A stretch of DNA of 60,890 bases, filler included, from Theionarchaea archaeon (GTDB lineage Archaea; Methanobacteriota_B; Thermococci; Methanofastidiosales; SZ-28-30): the NCBI GenBank assembly GCA_018992565.1. It is 6 parts of 6 records of this genome, joined end to end, with 100 filler letters (N's around TTAATTAATTAA, not from the genome) between each part and the next. Parts side by side here need not be neighbours in the genome. Positions count along the whole stretch, not along the records: positions 54,778 to 60,890 come from JACVGW010000120.1; 5 more parts are not named here. The stretch is one strand, 5' to 3'. The position numbers and the translations under genes are program-made. The notes under the pieces are model-generated. The model had not been told where the DNA came from. It ran no database searches and saw only the letters and a program-made list of their open reading frames with translations. Numbering within the stretch: position 1 is the first letter of the stretch; the number at the start of each line of letters is the position of its first letter. This document shows positions 54,778-60,890 of the stretch, piece by piece.

Positions 54778-57424
54778 CAACTCGCTTGATAATCTCAGAA
54801 CGCATTTGAGGGGAAATAGTATAGGTTCGAGCAGATTTTGCCGGGCGAATTTCCCTGTTTACAGATTCAAGAGACATCTGATAGCTGGTTTCACTGCGTC
54901 TCTCCAGGGATAAAACCATGAGAACAGGCTTGGATTTCCTGGCTGCAAAATACAGGAATCCAGGAATGTGAAGCCTTCCCATACGTCTGCCTATGGCAAG
55001 AAACGAAATGAGACCCATAATGGAGACTATAACAGCTAAGGTCAAATAATTGCGACCAAAAGCACTGGATCCAATGTTTTCAGCTCCTGGTGCAGAATCT
55101 GGAGCATCTGTCAGAGAAAAAAGCCCACTGCACACATCATCATTTTCTCTCTCAAAGGAATACAACTCCACAGCCTTTTCCATCAAGATGATGAGATCAT
55201 TTCCACAGCCAGATACATTGGTCACCAGAGTCCTGGGCACAACTGAATCACTGGACTTCCGATTCCATTTTTCCTCAAAATCGCTGCTCAATATCCTGAC
55301 ACTCTTGTCCCATATCTTCACCACGATTTCTTTATTTCCATCCCCATCCATGTCTGATATCCCTTCAATTTCAGAAGGTTGATACAGTACCATGGAGTTC
55401 GTTTTCAGCAATTCTAGCTCGTGATTATACATGTTGATATTTCCATTGGAGTCTGTGACTACAATCTCCTTCATCCCATCTCTATCAAAGTCACAAATCC
55501 CGGCTGGTGACAGAGAGCAGTCATACATCCTGTCATGAAGGATTTCCCCCGTCTCATCCATCACAAAAAGACGCCCATGCAGGTGACTCGCATGATACAC
55601 TGTACCTACAATCTCACTCCTTCCGTCCCCATCAATGTCATCTACACCTGCTCTGACAATTTGAAGCTCTGAAGCCATCTCCTTGCACCACACTTCTCTC
55701 CCGTTAAGGTCGAGTACAGCCAAGTATGCGTGACAATCATCTCGATCCCCCAGAGCACAGCCATTGCAGCACGAATGAGAACCCACAATAATGTCTGGTG
55801 TCTGATCTCCATCAATATCACAGAAAGCATCGATGACAAGGCTTGCTGCAGACATATAGAACCATTCCACATTTCCAGAAGGATATTCAAAGGCAAGGAT
55901 CCCTCTGGGGTGCAGGGTGTACCCTGAATTGACCACTGCGATAATCTCAGAGATTCCATCTTCATCAATGTCATAGGAGATAACAGGGGCAAGTGCAGCT
56001 TCCATCTTCTCTTTGGTGGAAACACCAAAATATGCTGTGAAGTCGAATTCGGTCAGATTTCCATCTGCAAAATCCAGGGCGTACACAGTGTATCTCCCAT
56101 CATTCACCGTATAGAAGATGTCCGGGACAGTATCACCATCTGCATCCATGAGGGCTATGTGGAGGATGTCTTCCTGAGCATCCTCTTCACCAAGGACTCT
56201 CCTCCCGGAATCAAGTATCAGCAATGTATTACCATCTGCCACCACGATTTCATTGTTCCCATCTCCATTCACATCTCCCACAGCACACCCCATTTGCTGC
56301 TGCTTCAGATATGGAGTCAGAACCAGAGGAACTTGATATGACCAGACCCTCTTTAGGTCTTCAAAGGAATAGAGCTCTCTTGAAGGATACGGATACGAAC
56401 GAGTTCCCCTGAATGTGTCTTCCCGGGTCTTCAAGAAAATGATACTCTCATCTGTTGCCAGCGTCATGTATTTTCCATCTGAAGACACCTCAACTGACCT
56501 CGCGTTATTAACAACCTTTCGCCACAGAAGCTCGCCTCTCCCATTGAATACTTGTACGTTCTGAGAACTCAAAGCTGCGATATAGTGCCCATCGGAGGAG
56601 ATGTCGCAATCTACTATGTTATCTAGGGTAAGTCGAACGTGTTCCATCCCAGAGCTATCATAAACGTAGAGTGTTGTTGGAGTGCTTACGAGAATCACTT
56701 CTTCGCCTGTCTCCAGCCCAATGATAGAGCCAAGATCTTCCCTGATCCGGCGGACTGCCTCTCTGATAATATAGAGAGACCCAGTTTCTGTTCCCGCCAC
56801 CAGAGAACCATCTCTCAAGAAGGCCATAGATGTGACAGATGGAATCTCATAATCTTGAGACATCACGTCATCATCAACAGTAAACAGATAGATGCTGCCT
56901 GAGGTAGCTGCTGCAGCCTTTTGGCCATCGGGGGACGCACATACACATGAGATAGGAGTCCCTACATACAACTCTACCGCTGATCCTGCCAGGGGAAATA
57001 GATAGATATTCTTGTCTGTTCCAGAAATTGCACATGCATCGTTATCTGAAATTGCCACTGAAAGCACAGGTTCGCTGGTAAAGTGTACTACTTTATCTCC
57101 AGTAGATCTCAAAATGAGAGTTCCTGACTTCGTGCCCAGCATCATATTCTTGTCACCAAGGTCCACACCTGTAATCTCAGTATCCAATTCCTCCTGTGTA
57201 GTGATCTCACCAAATTCATTAAAAGAGAAGTAATCCCCAGAGGTGCATCCGGCTAAAACATTCCCTCCATCTGCTGTCATTGCAATACCCGAAATCCCAT
57301 CAATCCCATAACTCCAGGATTCAGGTACAGCCAGAAACAGGGGTGCACGCAGGATGAAACAGGTCACGAGGCACGCCATCAACTTCCCTCTAATAGACAT
57401 CACCACACATGAGTGCTGCATCAT
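54778..57424 (-). CDS. Large surface/transmembrane protein: WD40-like propeller, FG-GAP/VCBS repeats, TM helix and truncated cytoplasmic domain
   Basis: Signal-like N-terminus; ASPDG/ISSDG repeats; GDVNGDG, DIDEDG, DIDGDG, DFDRDG repeats; TM followed by RRMGR. Confidence 0.8.
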
Positions 57425-57687
57425 TGTTTATAAATTTTGGTCTCATAATGGAGTCTCCATACATTGGCAGTGTGTGGGAAGTGACTGCAAGAGTACCTTG
57501 CGAGTGAGCTTCAGCTCTTGATGTTGAACCTATGATGGCATCAGCACGTTCTCCCAAAGCCTCCTCTTAAAAATCTCCTGTAAGGGGGGACCCCTCTGCT
57601 GACATGAAGCTGCCAGATACCACGGTAGGAAGGTCCAGTATCTGGGAAAAAGTCTATTACACCAGCTGCTCAACAGCAATTACAGAC

Positions 57688-58224
57688 TCACTGCTTGTAG
57701 GCGTCATACCACCGTGGAAGTTCATGTATGGGGGTATCGGGAGAACAGGAACCTTTCATCACGACGTACGTGTCTGCAACCATATCATGTATAGCCTGCT
57801 TCTTGTCAGAGAATGACACCAAATACCAGTAACTCGCCTGAAACACGAGGGTCAGTATTCTGGCAAAATACCTGACAGAGGCTGTCTTGAAGGAGATTCT
57901 CTTCCCATATGAATCCACCACTCGTATTCCAGCAACCATCTTACCAAGAGTGCCCTGCAGAGACGAGCTCTCCAGTGCAGCGCAATACACCCAACCCACC
58001 AGAAAAAGAACAAGCACAATCATGAAAAAAGACAAATCTGTGGTAATCCACAGGACAAGGGCAAGTGGAACTGCAACCACCAGAACATCAACAAAGAAAG
58101 CACATGAACGTACTGCAGCCCCTACATAATCTGTATATTCCCCGAGATGCTGGAGATTTGACCCGCATTTCCTGCAAAATCTCACCCCAATCTCGTTCCG
58201 GGCTCCACAGTGTGGACAGATCAT
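57688..58224 (-). CDS. RDD family membrane protein with N-terminal zinc ribbon
   Basis: CPHCG...FCRKCG; R..AFFVD; QGTLGK..GIRVV; KQAIHD.VADTYV. Confidence 0.92.
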   Translation of the reverse strand: MICPHCGARNEIGVRFCRKCGSNLQHLGEYTDYVGAAVRSCAFFVDVLVVAVPLALVLWITTDLSFFMIVLVLFLVGWVYCAALESSSLQGTLGKMVAGIRVVDSYGKRISFKTASVRYFARILTLVFQASYWYLVSFSDKKQAIHDMVADTYVVMKGSCSPDTPIHELPRWYDAYKQ

Positions 58225-58394
58225 ACTTTCACCTGACAACTATACATCGGTAGTTATCCCTGTAATACGATATTCTTAAAGGTTTGCAGAAAAAGACACA
58301 TGACAACGCTGCAGGTAGGGCCTTGATGTGTGCGTGCGAAACCCTTATGTACAGCGGCACATTAGTAGTACAAAATAAGACAGGAGGTGAATAC

Positions 58395-58556
58395 GTGTTT
58401 GCAAGGCTGGTAACACCTGGATTGGATATAGAAATAACAGAACAAGCATGTGGTGGTGGGAATACGCCCAGTGGTGGTGGGAAGTGTGCTCGTGGCTTTT
58501 CCCCATACTGGCCCGGTGCTTGTCGCTCAGGGAGTTTCCCCACTGTGCCTCCCTGA
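58395..58556 (+). CDS. Putative orphan RiPP precursor P2, 53 aa: MFARLVTPGLDIEITEQACGGGNTPSGGGKCARGFSPYWPGACRSGSFPTVPP
   Basis: RBS GGAGGTGA then GTG; three CxxGxxP units at exact 12-aa spacing; homologous to 21125-21289. Confidence 0.8.
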   Translation: MFARLVTPGLDIEITEQACGGGNTPSGGGKCARGFSPYWPGACRSGSFPTVPP

Positions 58557-58757
58557 AACCAGAGCTCATATCATGTTCTTTGAGCACCTTTCTTTCCTTT
58601 TTCAACTCTTCCATGGTCTTACCTGATAGCATCATGGGATCAGTATCCAGGATGTGAGGGTGCCTTGATTCACTATTTCTAGGATACAGTGAAGTTCTTT
58701 TTCCTAGCATGGCCAAACATTCTTAAGCTCACTGCCCCATGAGGATGTGGTGATTTT

Positions 58758-59069
58758 GTGCCCATACATGAAGTGAGAATAACAGTCCTGAAACGAATGC
58801 ATCCGTCAGAAGTCTTCGAGAACCCCCCTGTCACACCAGCAGAACCCATGGGGGCATGTGGAGTACTGAAAGATGGCCAACAATTCGTAAGCAAAGGCGG
58901 GTCAATGCCTGAAGGATTTCCCTGCACAAGTGCCTGGATTGACCTGTTTCCCAGCGTTCGAGTACTATCCTTCGGTGGAGACATGCCCTGGTTCAAAGAG
59001 AAAGGCGTTTCCGTCGACTGCTGTCATGATGGATTGAGGCCTGTCATATTCAGATTAGAAAGACTCTGA
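58758..59069 (+). CDS. TIGR04076-like conserved Cys protein
   Basis: C....DGQ.F, PEGFPC..AW, CCHDGLRPVIFRLER. Confidence 0.85.
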   Translation: MPIHEVRITVLKRMHPSEVFENPPVTPAEPMGACGVLKDGQQFVSKGGSMPEGFPCTSAWIDLFPSVRVLSFGGDMPWFKEKGVSVDCCHDGLRPVIFRLERL

Positions 59070-59362
59070 CCAACAATCCTGTATATCACGAGATCAATCC
59101 CTTTTTCAGTAGCAGTGGAGAGGTAGAAAGGAAGAGACACTCTATTCTTCAAGGAGCAGAACGAACCCAGGGAGGGCAGAAGACAATCTGCACGTATCAG
59201 ATGTGAAAGAAAGTCTCTTGTGCAGCTCAGAATAGAACCTCACAAAGAGAAAACAAAGGAAAATGATACATCTGAGTCCTTGCAAGAGATATTCTTCTTC
59301 TCACAAAATGATATGCGCATGGGGTTCCGGAGCTCCCACGCCTGGAATTTCTCGGACCTCCA

Positions 59363-59650
59363 TCATTTCCTTTTCCTTGTTCCTACTTTTCTGGACGATT
59401 TTTTCCCCGTCGCTCTTCTCAACATTGTTCCCTTCATCCTGATTGTCTTCATGTTCATGAGCCCTCGCTGCCTGACTGCTGCAGTTCTTGTTCTCCGGGT
59501 TCGAGGATTAACCAAGGATACCAGTGACCTATCAGCTCTCCTGGTCTTTCTTGATCTCCTGGCTTGAGAGGGTTTCCTGGTCCCTCTACCTGATTTGGCC
59601 TTCATTCTTACCTGTGACATTTTCCTCGTCTTCAAAAAGGATTTTCTCAT
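59363..59650 (-). CDS. Possible very basic 95-aa protein (37 Arg/Lys, 1 Asp)
   Basis: GAGGTGA RBS 6 nt before ATG; could be an artefact of purine-rich sequence. Confidence 0.35.
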   Translation of the reverse strand: MRKSFLKTRKMSQVRMKAKSGRGTRKPSQARRSRKTRRADRSLVSLVNPRTRRTRTAAVRQRGLMNMKTIRMKGTMLRRATGKKSSRKVGTRKRK

Positions 59651-60193
59651 TTCGGTTCACCTCACTACTCTTTTCTCTTCCTCTTCCCATGTATACACAG
59701 AGTCATCTTTTGCCCTCTCTAAGACTATTCCTCTGATGGCTTTTTTTTGCTCTGCACTCTCAATAAGTCACTTCCCACGTTTTCTGGTTCCCTTCGCTAT
59801 CCAGCATCAATTTCCACCGGAATATGCCCATTTGCTGTCTCTGCAATCTTTCACCCTTCACAAAAAGAGGCTACTGAGTAAAGACTGCCCACAATAGCTA
59901 CCAACACCAGGTTGGCAGTGAGCTTCTCCCTCTACCTTACTTGACAATTTAAATCTTTCTATCTCAGTCAGATTCCCCTATGTCTTCAGTGCTGTGGCAG
60001 AGCCACAACGATGCTGTTGAAACCTCGCAGGAGTGGCCAGCAGTGACAGCGCAACTGTTCGTGGCCTCCTAGCGCTATACCATCAACTTGACTGGGGAGC
60101 CTCCAATGTTCACCTTCTTACAGAACGTATCTATACTATGAAAGCACGTACTTAGAAAAGCACCTCACCATTCCTGAGAAGACTGCTTCCTCC

Positions 60194-60890
60194 TTATTCC
60201 TTCCAGAATTGCCACCATTTGGGCTCTTCTTCCCACACATTTCGTTTCTTGGTACATTCTTTCCTTTGCAGCTCATCCACCAGGACAGGTATCGTGGAAA
60301 TCATGAAGATAAGGATCATCCATCCAGGGACTATGATATTGCGAACTCGGAAGAAATCTTTCCATTGCGCTGCTTCATCAAGGAAAGACTCCCAAATATC
60401 CATGGTGATCATGCCAGACACAAAAACGGTGTTATCCTCTCCAACAGCAACTGCCCGGGGATACATTTCATGTGAATAGTACCAGAGTGTTGTTTCTCCA
60501 GTCTCAATATCGACATGGAAGATCTTCCTGGAGGAGCACCCGCTGATAATGAGCTCACCCTCCTTAACCGCAATATCTCCGGAGAGTGGGGCAGGTGAAT
60601 GAATGGTTCTCAGTATCTCTTCACTCTCCACGTCGTACTGGTAGAGAAGTGAGTTATCACGAATCCACAAATACTTCCCATCCCAGGCGAGCCCCCAGGG
60701 AGTACTGTACGGTGTCTCATAGGAATTGAGGACGTCACCTTCTGGAGAAATCTTGTAAACGGTCCTCTTGCTGTAATCAGCCACCCAGAAGTCCTTTCCG
60801 TCATATGTCAGTCCTGCAGCTTCAACACAGGGCAGTGGCAGGTTCCTGACAACCGTTTCTGTTTCCAGATCATACTGCAGCAAAGCATGG
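60194..60890 (-). CDS. Beta-propeller protein (glutaminyl cyclase/YncE-like repeats) with C-terminal TM; 5' end outside window
   Basis: GLTYDGKDFWVAD, GLAWDGKYLW repeats; hydrophobic helix near C-terminus. Confidence 0.72.
   Translation of the reverse strand, partial: HALLQYDLETETVVRNLPLPCVEAAGLTYDGKDFWVADYSKRTVYKISPEGDVLNSYETPYSTPWGLAWDGKYLWIRDNSLLYQYDVESEEILRTIHSPAPLSGDIAVKEGELIISGCSSRKIFHVDIETGETTLWYYSHEMYPRAVAVGEDNTVFVSGMITMDIWESFLDEAAQWKDFFRVRNIIVPGWMILIFMISTIPVLVDELQRKECTKKRNVWEEEPKWWQFWKE

Overview
Archaeal genomic DNA: TATA/BRE promoters, GGAGGTGA-type ribosome-binding sites (RBS), aRF1, CDC48, an S-layer protein and tRNA-Ser(GCT). Gene content (several cysteine proteases, beta-propeller surface proteins) suggests a peptide-fermenting sediment euryarchaeon such as a Theionarchaea-like MAG; this is inference. 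The window is not contiguous. Five artificial N-TTAATTAATTAA-N linkers join six scaffolds (1-6818, 6919-13698, 13799-20561, 20662-27421, 27522-54677, 54778-60890), and four plain 100-N gaps lie inside scaffolds. The best candidate for an undescribed system is an archaeal RiPP locus at 21125-27016. It encodes a tandem PqqD/RRE protein, a radical SAM-SPASM enzyme, a cobalamin-type radical SAM enzyme and a class I methyltransferase. Two unannotated Cys/Gly-rich precursor peptides of different types bracket it, and an orphan paralog of one lies on another scaffold (58395-58556). Other highlights: a 44/45-nt identical palindrome-bearing promoter shared by two hsp20 genes; a structured, uORF-containing leader that can hide the RBS of a GH3/B12-radical SAM operon; a C39-like protease followed by a stand-alone copy of its own C-terminal domain; a heliorhodopsin; several small unannotated peptides.
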